From Chiloscyllium plagiosum (Eukaryota): a DNA stretch of 60,578 nucleotides. The number at the start of each line of letters is the position of its first letter. The stretch's first letter is position 1. Below are positions 37,821 through 50,783 of the stretch, piece by piece. A model generated the notes under the pieces. The model was given only the letters and a program-made list of their open reading frames with translations. It ran no database searches and was not told the DNA's origin. A program made the translations under genes and the position numbers. The DNA lies in assembly GCF_004010195.1 (NCBI RefSeq), contig NC_057728.1, forward strand, positions 46,179,290 through 46,239,867, written 5' to 3'.

Positions 37821-39269
37821 TATTATGTTGATATCTTTCATTTGTTTTAAAAGTTAAAGGGAGCAGTTCCATAATTTAAAATATTAATTAACTACAAGAA
37901 CAATGTTTACTCTTTAGTGTTTTTAATTTGCTTGTTCAAGTCAAAGTCTGAAGGCATGAAATCTTGTGCTATCCTCTCATCTGTTGACTGCAAGTTTGAA
38001 TGCCTTTTTAAGAGGTATTGGTCTCTATAGTGATTGTAATATGGGCCTTTTGGTTCCCAGATGGTTCTGCTGGCATCATTGCTGGTGTATACCATAGTTG
38101 TCTCCATTCCCAAATGAAAGATAATGAATGAAGCTTAAATGGAACATAAACAATCTTTTATAAGCAATGGAGAAACTGACAACTGACTGAAAAAAGATGG
38201 CACCCAATTCTGAACCTATAGGAGAACTCATTTGTGACATGCTCTTCAAAAAAGGTCTATTCGATGCACAGGGATTGTACAGTTCCATAGGTGTGATAAA
38301 TCATTTTCATGATAACATCAGTCATCACCACAAAAGAATTGTAGAATGTAATTAGTTTCAGCAGTGCCAGTACCAGTGACTTCCCTGCCTGGGTGTACTT
38401 TTAACTAGATGCATTCAATCAAAGTAAGGCTTGTGCAAGTGTAGTGCTAAAAGCAGACATTTAAATTGTTGGGAATCGATAACTTAGAAGGTGAAAAAAT
38501 GCCCAGCCTCAGGTCTTCAAATGACAGATGTGCAAGATGAAAAATACATTTAACAACCTCATCACTCATTGTAAATTGCTGACAGGCCTTCAGGAGACTT
38601 GGGTTAGAGACAATGACCCAATGAAAAAGGCATGTCTGCAAGGTGACTGAACACCAGGCACATGCATACCAGGATTGCCTGCCAGTATAATTCCCTTTAC
38701 CTTGTGGAGGAGGTTCATAGGACACCTAGTACCAATTCTCATGCTGTTCATTTGAGAAGTTCAACTCCAATAAAGCTCCAATCAGTCACTGATGAAAAAT
38801 CCATCGGCTCAAGTTGCTCTCTGCTGATTCATCATGGTAAAATGCTCAGTAAATACAGATGCTACTAGGCAGCCATTGTGAATTCGATGGAGTGCAGTGA
38901 TAATACACGAGATTGAGTTGAAAAATGCCAATACGTCCAAGCTGCTTGTTTTCTACATTACATCTTCAGTGCATTTTAGGAAGCAGTTTCCTTTCAGTGA
39001 GGACCAAATAACTCATTAGTCCTACAGTCTTGTCAATTTGTATGTAATTGAGTCAGATAATCACAATTACGACATCCTGCAGGAATAAAATGTTAGTGAA
39101 GAGATTTTTGAATTATACAAAAATGTTATACAGTTTCCAAAGTTTCCCTGTTGATGTAATTCACTTGAAATTGGGTCATATCATAGCCTGGCATTAAACC
39201 TACCCAGTTATGCTTATGTTAAGAATTTTTGATATTGATGGAAGCCTATAAAATGGAAAGTGTATTTTG

Positions 39270-39540
39270 TTAGCACAGCACCAATGGAGTGATGCACTGT
39301 CAGAGATACTGGTTTATCTTTTTGATGAGACAGAAAAATGAGGCCTATCTGGCCTTTCAAATGCATGTTCAGATTGTGAAATTGTTATGCTGCAACTTCA
39401 AAGGTGAGCAGGGAATCTCTCCCCAGCGTTCTGACCAACAGTTACGCCTGAGTCAACACCTAAAACAGAGGTGATCTGATCATTTATTACTTTGGCTGTG
39501 TACAAATTGGCTTCAGTGTTTGTCACATTACAAGTGTAGC
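39270..39540 (+). mobile_element. Deu-domain SINE relic
   Basis: gcactgtcagagatactg...gatgagac...gagcagggaatctctcccc...gctgtgtacaaattggct. Confidence 0.65.
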
Positions 39541-39853
39541 TTCATTTTTTGTTTACCTGATTAGATGGAATTTGGGCAAGACCAGCATTTATTTCCCATC
39601 GTTAATTGCTCTTGAGAATTGGGGAGTGAGCCATCTTCTTGAATTGTTACAGCCTGAATGATGTAGGCACATAAACAATGCTGTTCAGAAAGCAATTCCA
39701 GAATTTTCACAGAGTGACCATGAAGGAACAACATTTTATTTCTAAATCAGGCTTAGATTGATGCCAGGTTGTTCATCCAATTTTACTCGGATTCTGATAT
39801 GTTTCCTCACACTTTGACACACACTTTGGTTGCTGGGCAATTTCAGAGAGCAG

Positions 39854-40015
39854 GAGAAGGTGAGGACTGCAGATGCTGAAGACCAGAGTCGAGAGTGTGG
39901 TGCTAGAAAAGGAGCAGGAGAATCGATGAAGGAATCTGATGAAGGGCTTATGCACGAAACGTCGATCCTCCTGCTCCTCAGATGCTACCTAACCTGTTGT
40001 GCTCTTCCTGCACCA
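39854..40015. mobile_element. Short PLE hairpin insert, family A
   Basis: Minus arm then plus arm; TSD caatttcagagagcag (39838-39853) / caatttcagagggcag (40016-40031). Confidence 0.9.
39936..39966 (+). ncRNA. Minimal type-I hammerhead ribozyme motif
   Basis: CUGAUGA-A-GGGC UUAU GCAC-GAAAC-GUC: all core nucleotides present, one stem II mismatch. Activity untested. Confidence 0.7.
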
Positions 40016-41724
40016 CAATTTCAGAGGGCAGTTAAGATTCAAACCACACTTCTGTGGCTCCTGCAGTCATATGTTGATATTAGTGAATCAGATGGATTTT
40101 TACAACAATTCAGAAGCTAGAGTGTCATATGTTTAATATCTGTGATATTCAATAATTTGAAGTGTTTGTATCAGGCCTAAATTACTGATTCTAGCATTTT
40201 ATTTGTGACTTATTTATTAAATTTAAATTTCCTACCTATTCTCATTGGATTTAAACTTATATCTCTCAAGCATTAGTTCAGCCACTATGATAATAATTTT
40301 AAAAAACACTTAATTGATTGTTAAGAGGTTCAGGATACTAAGGCCAGGAAAGTGAGGACACAAAAGCAAGTCTTTCTATTTTGATACCAAAAAAACTATC
40401 TCTGGTCTTAACATGTCAAAGTATTGGTCAACACAGATATTATACGTTTGACAGGACTCCCTTGCCTGAATTGCCAATGATGTGTTGTGCTGTCATGCAT
40501 TTTTCACAGTTTAGTTGCATTATTACATTCTGAGCAAGAGATGAAAAATTGCTATTATCAAACAGGGAATGAACACTGCATCATTGTTATATGCTTCACA
40601 CTAACATAAACTGACTTGACTCTAAACAACCCACAAAGTGTAGCCAAGTACATAATTCCATATTTAAACGCTCTGTAAAACAAGACAATAATAAACTTCT
40701 ATCTCTGATGTAATTGTTGGAATTCTAAGGAACAAAAAGGTGAATACACAAGCAGTTGACTTCTGCATCAGAAAGCTAGAACTTTAATAAAGCAGATGAG
40801 GGCAAGCTCTTCTTTGTTGTTGAAACCATTGGAATGATTATCATCTGAGTCCATTGTAATTAAAATCAGGAAAAATAAACGCTCAGATTTTCCCGGCTTC
40901 TGAAACTCAGAAAACCCCTACTTTGGTTCCTGATTGGGTCGGAAGAAAATTTACTCTTATATTTTGATCAGTTCCACCATCAAATTTCCTGGACAGGAAC
41001 CTCCTGCTAAGAAACATTGGAGGCCAATATAGAATTTTTGCAGGGAACGATAGAGGGTGAGTCAGTTGAAATTGAAGATTACCATTTACAGCAGTAAGTG
41101 TGCTATAATTGGTGCTTTATGTCCTACTTGCCCTTTTGGCAGCTACTGAGAAATAAGTATGTGAGGTGATAATGGGGAAGGGTGGTTAGTCGGTGTGGTC
41201 AGGTGGTATGTACAGGTAAAGTGTGGGTGAGGGGTTAGAATGGCAGATTGCTGAGGGGTTTTAGGGTATTAGAATAATTAAATGGTTACCTAGGGCAAGC
41301 AAAGTCAAGTTGATGGAGTGCAGTTGGTGGGTATGTGGCAGTGCGTTGGTGATGCTTGGGTGTGACAGGATGCTTGGATGTGCATTTGTCAGCCAAGTGG
41401 AATCATTGGGATCAAGCCAAGGTATGGGGTGTGTCATGGGAGGGCAGAGAAACTTTGGGTAATCCTTGAGTGTAGCAGGATTCAGTTGGGGGATGTTGGA
41501 TCCAGGGATTGGATCAGAGTGGTGGGAGATCATGGGGTGCCATTGGGTCTAGTGAAGGAGAGGTATAAGGTACTAGGCCTGATATGGGGAGTGTTGAGGT
41601 CAGAGGTAGTCAGCGGTTGGGCGAAATGTTGCTGGGTTAAGATATATGAGTCAGGGGTTTAGGTCTTGCATTTTGTAAGCTTTCTTTGCTCCACAAGCAT
41701 TGGTAAGGACTTTTAATATCTAAT

Positions 41725-43132
41725 AGGTGAAAATGAGTACTGCAGATGCTGGAGATTAGAGTTGAGAGTGTGGTGCTGGAAAAGCACAGCAGGTGAGGAG
41801 CAGGAAAATCAACATTTTGGGCAAAAGCCCTTCATCAGGAATGAGGTTGGGAGCCTTAGGCACGGAGAGATAAATGGGAGTGGGGTGGGGCTGGGGAGAA
41901 GGTAGCTGAAAATGCAATAGGTGAATGGAGATGGGGGTAAAGGTGAAAGGTTGGAGGGGATGGTGGAACAGCTAGGTGGGATGGAAGAAGGACGGATGGG
42001 ATGGACATGAGGATGGTGCTGAGCTGGAAGGTTGGAACTGGGGTAAAGTGGGGGGAGGGGAAAATGAGGAAGCTGGTGAAATCCACATTGTTGTCATGGC
42101 GTTGGAGGGTTCCAAGGCGGAAGATGAGGTGTTCTTCCTCCAGGTGTCAGGTAGTAAGGGAGTGGCGATGGAGGAGGCCCAGAACCTGCATGTCCTCGGT
42201 AGAGTGGGAGGGGGAGTTAAAGAGTTTGGCCACAGGGCGGTGGGATTGATTGGTGCGGGTGTCCCGGAGATGTTCTCTGAAGCACTCTGTGAATGGGTAT
42301 CCTGTCTCCCCAATGTACAGGAGACCGGATACATCAGGAGCAACAGATACAGTAAATGACGTGTGGAAGTGTACAGTAAATACACCCTCTCCTCCTGGCA
42401 CCTTCCCCTACCACTGCAGGAATTGCAAAATCAGTGCCCACACCTCCTTGTCACCTCCAACCAAGGTCCCAAAGAAGCCTTCCACATTCATCAAAGTTTC
42501 ACCTGCACTTCAAAACATGTCATTTATTATATCCGTTGCTCCTGATGCAGTCTCCTGTACATTGGGGAGACAGGATGCCCACTCGCAGAGCGCTTCAGAG
42601 AACATCTCTGGGACATCCGAACCAATCAATCTCACCACCTTGTAGCTGATCTCTTTAACTACCCCTCTGACTCTACCGACTCTACTGAGGACATGCAGGT
42701 CCTCGGCGTCCTCCATCGCCACTCCCTTACCACTCGACGCCTGGAGGAAGAACACCTCATCTTCTGCCTCAGGACCCTCCAACCCCAGGGCATCAATGTG
42801 AATTTCACCAGTTTCCTCATTTCCCCCTCTCCCCACCTTACCCCAGTTCCAAACTTCCAGCTCAGTACCGTCCTCATGACCTGTCCCACCTGTCAATCTT
42901 CCTTCCCACCTATCCTCTCCACTCTCCTCTCTAACCTATCACCTTTACCCCCACCTCCATCCACCTATTGCACTCTCAGCTATCTTCCTCCCAGCCCCAC
43001 GCCCCCTATTTATCTCTCCACCCCCAAGGCTCCCAGCCTAATTCCTGATAAAGGGCTTTTGCCCGAAATGCCGATTTTCCTGCTCCTTGAATGCTGTCTG
43101 ATCTGCTGTGCTTTTCGAACACCGCACTCTTA
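41725..43132. mobile_element. Inverted (head-to-head) Neptune-type PLE insertion with two GIY-YIG arms, parent of family A
   Basis: Minus arm ~41725-42375 (LLYIGETG...FREHLRD); plus arm ~42380-43132 (GTFPYHCRNCK linker, FTCTSKHVIYYIRC, YIGETG, PQGIN); both end in the family-A hammerhead tail; TSD 41709-41724 / 43133-43148. Confidence 0.92.
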
Positions 43133-44079
43133 ACTTTTAACATCTAATGTCTGTCCTACCCAATGCATTGTCTTATCCAGTGTCGCTTTTGTGCTTTTGC
43201 ACCTTAAAAAATGAATAGATTCATAAGAAATGAGCATAATGATGAAAACAAAATGTAATGGAACTGTAATGGAAATTGATAATGAAAACAGCTAGAAAGG
43301 CTCAGTAGGTCTGACAATGTCTTTGAGAAAGAGAAACAGACTTAATGAAGAAGAACAATGTTAAAATTGAGACATTACTTCAGTTCCTCTCTCCAATAAA
43401 TGCTGGTCTTGCCATCAAAATACACATCCCATGATAGAACTTAAAAAATGATGCCAGACCTGCTGAGTTTTTGCAGCTCTTTATGTTTCTGGTTTTGGGC
43501 TCAAGTATCTGGACTGGGGCTTATGCCCACAAATTTCTGACTCGGAGATTGGAACCACAGCTCATTTATAAGTCTTGACATATTCAAATTTACATCTCCT
43601 TTCCAAGCCCCTTATCCACTCCCACAGGTGTGGGAATTAGAGCAAATGGGCAACAGAAAGGACATGGATTTTCAGTTTTACTGTTTTATATATTCTTGAA
43701 CATGATTATGAATGTTGTCCTGTTTCTCTTATTTTATAAGCTTTCCACATTTTATTTTTATTGTATCTTTTTGGCATCCGTTAATACTATATAATATTAT
43801 AACAATATATTTTGAAATCATTTTGTGACAAATAATTCTTAATGCTTTCTTGTACCATTCAGTGCTGTGATATAAAACCAAGCATTGTTGTCAACTTCTT
43901 TTTCATTGTTGGAGCCACTGATTGTCATTGTGACATATGCCAGCCCTCATTTCCCTCTATCATCAATTAATGTCTCCTATATGTGATCGCCAATGTTTCG
44001 GGGCTTTGTACGCATTATATGCATCCGTGAAGTTGAGATTTAATCAACTTATTCAGCTTCTGTCTCTGACTACCTTGCC

Positions 44080-45540
44080 CTAGTCAATATTCTTGGGAAA
44101 GCATCTGGCATCCATGCTGTGAACATGCCTGAGCAGGTAAAGTCACATCTACTCAGTAAGTATTAGAACATTTGAGATATTTGCTTTTGATAGGACTGCC
44201 GTATTCATGACTTTGACCTCGTATGCAAGACCAAGACTGCACCACACATCTCGAAGATGAAATGATTGGCCTCCTTTCTTTATAGTTGTATGTTTTCCAT
44301 GCTGCTCAGTTGTCAAATGTAAGAACGTAGGCTTTTCTTGGTCCCAAGAATTAACTTGTGGTTATTCATACGATGAGTCACCGGGTGGGGTGATGTGGAA
44401 ATAATTTTTTTTTCCCTCAGTGCTATTGAGCTCTGCATCAAGCAACAGATAGGTCCACAGCAACAAAGGTAGCAGGATTGGCTAACCTCTTCTAGTTGGG
44501 TGATCAAGGTTAGAGATGTGACATCCCACCCCATAACCACAATTTTCTTTACTTACAGTCAGGGAGAATACATTATTATTAAAATATAAACTTTTGCAGG
44601 CACATCAGCATGGAGGCATTCTCTGATGAAGAATGTTACATACTTATTTTCACTCACAATCTGGATAGATTATAGAGTTTGCCATCTGACATAGTCCATC
44701 GGCAAATTGAATTCATATCTGCAAGGAAGGAACATTGAGAAAGAGACACCAAACAAAATAGTATAAAGGTAGGCTGATAGCAAACAAAGCAGTTTATCTT
44801 TCAACAAAAAAACTGCACTGCACTTTGAGATTCAATGTTGTGAGTTCCAATCAGTATTTCCTAATAAGTCATTGGCAGGAAACAATTGTTTGAGTGTTAG
44901 TGTGAACTGGTGGTAACTGATATAATTTCTTCTAACAGGGATGCCAATACATAGCAGGCCATCATGATTGGAGTCATTAAGTTTTTAAGGCTGTACTTTC
45001 ACTCAGCTGCGAGTGTCACAATCAGCACTGTGGTAAGTGCAGATATGGAGAACGCCATTTTCTGGTGATAATCAGTCAAGATATCATCAATGGCCAGAGG
45101 TTGAATGATGCCATGATGTCTTATGGTAAGGATGGCGCTGAAAGATAATGTTGGTGGCATAGAGTTCATTTTGGGCATTTCCATTGATCTTGCAAGGTGG
45201 TTGGAATGTGCACCAGAATATCATGGGACAGTCATAGAATTGATCATCGTCTAAGACACTGGTAGTCAAGGTTAGTGCATAAGCACAGTTGACATTGACA
45301 AGGTTTTCACCAGATTATAGATACCAGGACGATGAAATTTTCTGAAGCTGCTACTGCTGGCTCAATTCAGGATCACATTTTTTGCTGATTGCAAAGCTTT
45401 ACCTTGCTCATGGTGGTCTTCTGAACTCTTGTCACAACAATAAAGGTGCAGTTAGCCTCATGCGCAGAGTTTGTGTCAGCTGATTTTGTATCCCATGGAA
45501 CATAACGTCAACATCAAACTTAAATAATTCACAGTCATAG
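44080..45540 (-). mobile_element. RTE-clade LINE relics (APE ~44980-45540; post-RT region ~44080-44310)
   Basis: NELYATNIIFQRHPYHKTSWHHSTSGH and ADCDT match the RTE endonuclease pattern TNTxF...KTxWxHPxS...ADCxTDH; SFHLR near 44250. Confidence 0.65.
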
Positions 45541-45594
45541 TCATCCTGGATACACTGATTGTAGAATGTGAGTTTAAGACTGAGCACCTAGTCA

Positions 45595-46050
45595 TGATGC
45601 ATTAAACCTGGGTGGGCAGGTGAATTGTGAAGAAGCTGAAATGCATCAGTGTGATATGGACAAGTTGAGTGGGAAAATACATTGCAGATGAAGTACAATA
45701 TGGATAAATATGAGGTTATCTAATTTGGTAGCAAAATCAGGAAGGCAGATTCTTACATGAATGGTGATAGATAGGGAAAGGGGGAGTGCAACCATGTCAG
45801 GGTGCCCTTGAACACCAGCCGTTGAAAGTAAGCACACAGGTGCAGCAGGTGGTGAAGAAGGCAAATGGTATATTTTCCCTCTTTGTAAGAGGATTTGATT
45901 ACAGGAGCAGGGATGTCATGCTGCAAATGTACAGGGCCTTGGTTAGACCACACCCAGTGTATTGTGAAAAGTGTTGGTCTCCCTGTTGGAGAGAAGATGT
46001 TCTGGCTATGAAGCTAGTACATTGAAGGCTTACCAGACTTACTTCTGGAA
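45595..46050 (+). mobile_element. CR1 ORF2 fragment
   Basis: QVQQVVKKANGI...YRALVRPH..YC..CWSP. Confidence 0.85.
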
Positions 46051-46061
46051 ATGCAGTAGAG

Positions 46062-46582
46062 GAACAATCTATGTTCCTCTGGAAAAATTCAAGGTCCTCT
46101 GCACATTTTGCTCTGCCACACATCTTAGTGTCATCTGCAAACTTTGACACACTACACGTGGTTCCCCAACTCCAAATCATTCTATATAAATTACAAATAA
46201 TTGCGGTCCCAACACTGATCCCTGAGGCAAACCACTAGTTACTGATTGTCAACCAGAATAGCACTTATTCTTCCCCACTCTCAGCTTCCTGTTAGTCAAC
46301 TAATCCTCTATCCATGCTACTACTTTATCCCTAACGCCATGCATCTTTACCTTATGCAACAACCTCTTGTATGGCACCTTGTTGAAGGCCTTTTCGAAAT
46401 TTAGGTACATCACATCCACTATCCACTGGGTCCCCATTGCTTGTAATGTAATGTCTTCACAGAATTCCAAAAGATTTGTTAAGCATGACCTGCCCTTCAT
46501 GAACCCATGCTGCACCTGCCCAACAGGGCAATTTCCATTGAAATGCCTTACTATTTCTTCCTTGATAAAAGACTCAAGCATC
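46062..46582 (-). mobile_element. CR1 RT fragment (different subfamily)
   Basis: QHGFMKGRSCLTNLLEF, KAFNKVP, SKFADDTK. Confidence 0.9.
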
Positions 46583-46589
46583 AATATCC

Positions 46590-48988
46590 TCCTTGACAAT
46601 AATGTGTGATTTAACCTGTCTGTTCACAAACTCAGAGCCATATTTTCCCTGCAGAACACACATTCATGCCATCACTAAGCCTGCCTGTATCTTTTTCCCT
46701 TCGCCTCATCTGCTATCTGCAGACAAAGGGTGCATGAACATCATCCTGAGCAGAACACACTAATAACTGATACCGACACCTACCAACAGGTGACAATGGA
46801 CCTGACTCCACAGCTAGAAAACCGCATTACAGCAGCCCTGAGGAAACTACACAAGACAGGTGCAATTATCATGACAGGCTTTCAAAGAATGAAACCAGAA
46901 GGGCCCAACACACCCCATTTTTACAGATTTCCAAAGGTACACAAACAAGGGCCTCCACCTATCAGACCCAAAATCTCACTTCCTGGCTCACCGACATACA
47001 AGCTAGCAAAGGAACTGCAACAAAAACTAAAACACCTGGTAGAAGTCTCAACCAACTCCACCCAGGAATTCCTTATCAAAGACACCAAGCTAGAGGATGA
47101 CCAGGTCATGGTTTACTTTGTGACGGCCCTATTCACATCAATAAACATCACCCTAGCCAAAGAAACACTGGCCTCACTGGTGGACAAACCAGGGATACAA
47201 ACACCTCACAGCACCAAGTCCATCTGCAAGGAAAGCATCCTCAAAGTGACCTGTGACCTGTGCCCTGCAACCGGCTTTACCTTCAATGACAAGATCTACA
47301 AACAAATCAATGGGACACCTGTGGGATCACCAATATCAGGACTTACAGCAGAAGCAGTTATGCAGAGGTTAGAACAAACAGCCCCTCCCATGATTCAGCC
47401 TAAGCTTTGGATCCACATTGTGGATGACACCTTTATCATCATGAAATGCAACTAACTAGAAGAAACCTACAAACACAAACAACATCCTTACCGGTATAAA
47501 GTTCACCAAAGAGGAAGAGAACAATAACCAACTCCTCCTCTTGGATATCATGGTAGGACAAAAAGCCAATGGAAAACTACAGACCAGCATTTACAGGAAT
47601 GCCACAGACACTGACCAGATACTCAACTATAGAAGCAACCATCCCAACACACACAAATGGAGCTGCACCAGGACACTACTCAAATGAGCCACAACACATT
47701 ACAGCACTGAGGAACTACAAGAAGCTGAGGAAAAATACTGATACAACCTATTCAGGAACAACAGGTACCTGATAAGCACAGTCAGCCGATTCCTACACAA
47801 CAAACTTAACAGGAAGACACAACACACCCAGAGACTCTAGTCACTCAACCATACATCAAAGACATTTCAGAGATGACAATCAGACTATGCTGACTCCTAG
47901 GCATCATGATGGCCCACAAACCTACCACCACACTGAAACAGCTCCTGATGATTTTAAATGACCTTGTACCCACAACCACCAGAACAAACGTCACAAACAA
48001 AATACCCTGCAAAGACTGCAACAAACATTATACTGGACAAATCAGCAAGAAGCTAGCCACCAGGATACATGAGCACCAATTAGCCATCAAAAGACATGAC
48101 CAACTGGGATCCATACACACAGACAAAGAGGGGCATCAGTTTGACTGGGACAATGTATGCATTTGGGACAGGCCAAACAAAGACATGCACAGGAACTCCA
48201 AGAGACCCAGCATTCAAACCAGAAGTCCATTAACAAGCATACAGATTTGGACCCCATTTACCCACCTCTCAAACAGAACTGGAAATAATATTACCCACCA
48301 CAACAAACACATAAACAGCAAGTGGGACACAACATCAACGCCTCACCAAAGGCTCACTGATGTGTTACCTAGCATGGTGATGAAACATCTGGAAACAAAC
48401 CCACCAGCTCAGCGAGCTAACTGACAACCTGAACTACTGAAACCCCATTCAGGCTACTGTTACCTCCTAACTTGACAATTCCATGCACTCTTGGCTGGTC
48501 TCCTAAATTTACTCTTTTAAGGTTATCCAAGACTGCTGCCTGCGTCGCAACCCACAACCGTGTTCTGTTCCATCACCCTAGGCTTGCTGACTTTCTTCAC
48601 CTCCCAGTTGAGCAAAGTCTTGCATCCTTGTTTCAAAATCCTTTATGGCCTTGCCTCTTCCTATCTCTCTAACCTCTTCCGTCCCTACAATCCTCATAGA
48701 TGTCTATGCCCATCTAATTCTGGATTCTTGAACATCACTCATTTGAATTGCTGCACCAGTAGGGGTTGTGCCTTCTGTTGCCTCGGACCCAAGTTCTAAA
48801 GTAATGTCCTGGTACCACTGTGCCTCACTTTTCACCTTTCAGACTCTCCTTAAATCCTACCTCTTTGACAAAGCTTTTAGTCATCCTGGCCTAATATTTT
48901 CTTATATGATGTCATGTTCTGTTTTAAAATTCTCATCAAGATGTTTTACTGCCTTAAAAATGCTATGTAAATAGAAATTGGTGTTGTC
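46590..48988 (+). mobile_element. L2 LINE 3' portion split by a PLE insertion
   Basis: 48435-48988 has L2 C-terminal motifs (FKILYGLASSYLSNL, LLKSYLFDKAF) and the tail aatgctatgtaaata...gttgt; 46590-46714 appears to be the upstream part. Confidence 0.7.
46715..48434 (+). mobile_element. Penelope-like element (Poseidon/Penelope-type) RT + GIY-YIG, 5'-truncated and disrupted
   Basis: ADKG, FPKVHK, IRPKIS, GTPVGSPISG, IVDDTF; KIPCKDCNKHYTGQ...RIHEH; degenerate hammerhead ctgatg-tgttacctagcatggtgatgaaac at 48357-48386. Confidence 0.93.
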
Positions 48989-50717
48989 ATAAAACAGGTG
49001 TTAATCTGCGGTAAATTTGCTGTTGTCAATTGAAAGATAATAAGCCATCACCCTTCTCGCTTGCTTTAGATTGATCTGCGTTCTGATTTGAGTGGCATTA
49101 CACTGAACCCATCCTTTCTAGCATTAGACCTTGAGCTTCAGACCTTCTTCATGTGCTAAGAACTGTGTTCATTTGTTAAACCGATGTGTCAATTGTGCCA
49201 TTCTGTTGCTGCACGTTATCAACTGACAACTCTTGTATGATTATTCAAAGCACATCTTGGCTAAATTACAACTAATATTGCCTTCTGCTGCAATGTAATT
49301 AAAAAAAAATTGAACAGAAATTATGAAAGAGCCGTAGCACAGTGTGTGATCAGCTAGGTTCATGATTTTTCTACGGAGCGGATGTTGACAAATTGCTTGT
49401 TACTGTCTCTGATTTATAGTCGAGCATCAGTGATCTCATCTGACCTAGTCCGAGATCATACATTTTAATAATGCATTCTTGGGGAACTCTGCTAGAGAAA
49501 TACTGAGTTTCAGTTCTTCTCTCTGAAGAGAGTGATGACGGCTGCATATGGGAGATAAGAACACTCACTACATATAGGATGTAAAGACCAGTTCTCTAGT
49601 GCATTCAAGTATATTTAGACAGTTCAGGGAATTATTCAGTCACTGAAGGTTTCAAAGTGATTGTCAAAAGGAAATGATCAGACAAAAGCAACAGAACAGT
49701 GGCATGGTGCTGCTTCCCCACTCTACTGTGCTCCTAACTTCAGTCTTAGTTACACTAGCTTATTGTTGAACATCCATTGCAACATTCTAACACATTCCTG
49801 CCACAAACATTTCACATGTCACATAGTTTCTTGACATGGGTTAAACTGCACAATGTCACATCTCTCAGGCTTAGAACTCAGTGCTCCAATCACCATGCTG
49901 AAAATGTTTCCATAATACACCGCTGGAAATTTGATTGTTATTGAAAAGCTCATTTTTCTTTTGAACAAGGAGAGAGTAAATAGATAAATTTTGCTCAGGG
50001 CATTTTATTGTTAGTTTCTTGTTAATTTTTTAATGATACGGGCGGCAGCTTCTTTCATTTCTTAAGGGAAGTAAATCCAAGTTCCATTTCAGAAGGAAGC
50101 TGCCATGAAGTAAAAGACCACGAAAGCCTCATAAGGTGATATTATAGGAGGTAGCCAATCATCTCAGCTATGGGTGGCCGACCATCTCATACAATCCTGC
50201 CCCTCCATAGCATCAAGAAATAGCAGAAGAATAAGTAAACAAACAGGCCGACATCAACAATCACAAGAAGCACCCTGTGGTGGATGTTTATGTGTTTCCC
50301 AATAGACCATGCACTTAATGAAGTGCTCATTATTGCTCACCTCAATATAAAGTTGTCAAAACCTCTTTTTACACACATTTGCTGCAATCAACTTTAGCCC
50401 AAGGCTCTGGATTCCTAATCCAGTGACATTACCACAGTGTAGCCATCTTCTCTTAAGTTGCTTTCCACAGGTAGCTGAATGGGTATATCAGTGAGAAGAA
50501 GGTTATAAGACAGACCAAGGCTGCACCTTCAGTCAGAAATACCAAGCTTATGTCTTGACTACATTGGAAACAGGACCCGACGTGTGGCTCAAAGACCAAC
50601 AGTGTGAGAGCACCATGATTGCAAAGCTGTAACATACCCAAGATCATATCTTGGCCAATCACTAAATGCGTTGCTGGAAAAGCGCAGCAGGTCAGGCAGC
50701 ATCCAAGGAACAGGAGA

Positions 50718-50750
50718 ATCGACGTTTCGGGCATAAGCCTTTCTTCAGGT
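50718..50750 (-). ncRNA. Minimal hammerhead ribozyme motif
   Basis: Minus strand CUGAAGA-A-AGGC UUAU GCCC-GAAAC-GUC; core intact, one stem II mismatch. Confidence 0.7.
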
Positions 50751-50783
50751 TCCTGAAGAAGGGCTTATGCCCGAAACGCCGAT
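50751..50783 (+). ncRNA. Minimal hammerhead motif (cleavage triplet mutated)
   Basis: CUGAAGA-A-GGGC UUAU GCCC-GAAAC-GCC; perfect stem II but GUC>GCC. Confidence 0.55.

Noticed and set aside
37907..38288. Two adjacent minus-strand ORFs as a retrocopy
   Set aside because: Short, with no recognisable motif, poly(A) or TSD.
41160..41660. G/T-rich stretch with short ORFs
   Set aside because: Low-complexity sequence with no definable period or coding signature.
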